This document shows positions 63,846-64,000 of a DNA stretch of 64,000 nucleotides, one piece after another. Position 1 is the first letter of the stretch; every line of letters starts with the position of its first letter. The notes under the pieces are model-generated. The model worked only from the letters and a program-made list of their open reading frames with translations, had not been told where the DNA came from and ran no database searches. Source of the DNA: Chiloscyllium plagiosum (lineage: Eukaryota); the NCBI RefSeq assembly GCF_004010195.1, contig NC_057720.1, positions 7,305,117 to 7,369,116 on the forward strand, in the 5' to 3' direction. Position numbers and translations under genes: made by a program.

Positions 63846-64000
63846 CATGATGCGGAGGTGCCGACGGTGGACTGGAGTGGACAAAGTCAGAAGTCACAAG
63901 ATGGCGGGTAATGGTCCAACAGGTGACTTCACCTGACGAGGAAGCAGCGCTCCGAAAGCTTGTGATTTCAAATTAACCTATTGGACGATAACCTGGTGTC
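63846..64000. mobile_element. Fold-back PLE family B with hammerhead motif, truncated by window edge
   Basis: tcac-CTGACGA(63933-63939)-ggaagc agc gctcc-GAAA(63954-63957)-gc-TT-gtga. Confidence 0.8.

Overview
Eukaryotic, repeat-dense genomic DNA, most likely from a shark or other elasmobranch. The HE1-type V-SINEs, DeuSINE-like elements, CR1/HER1-like LINEs and Penelope-like elements (PLEs) are recognised from memory of these families, not from a database search. I see no intact protein-coding gene: nearly all ORF-track entries are LINE/SINE remnants, low-complexity sequence or N-gap artefacts. Contents: dozens of CR1 3' fragments, one larger CR1 with its endonuclease region (43278-45692), a second CR1/L2-type LINE with a partner SINE, a Rex/Babar tail, three solo-LTR-like elements, Tc1/mariner-type MITEs, a 74-bp higher-order minisatellite and three N gaps. 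The most striking structure is about 17 short PLE terminal-repeat insertions from at least three families. Many carry a minimal hammerhead-ribozyme motif, are flanked by 9-16 bp target-site duplications (TSDs), and are folded back into palindromes whose apex usually lies on the ribozyme. Two retro-insertions also carry inverted copies of genomic DNA from about 0.8-0.9 kb away, with junction microhomology. A few weak exon and enhancer candidates lie in unique stretches. Repeat boundaries were read by eye and are approximate unless anchored by a TSD, and not every degraded repeat fragment is listed.
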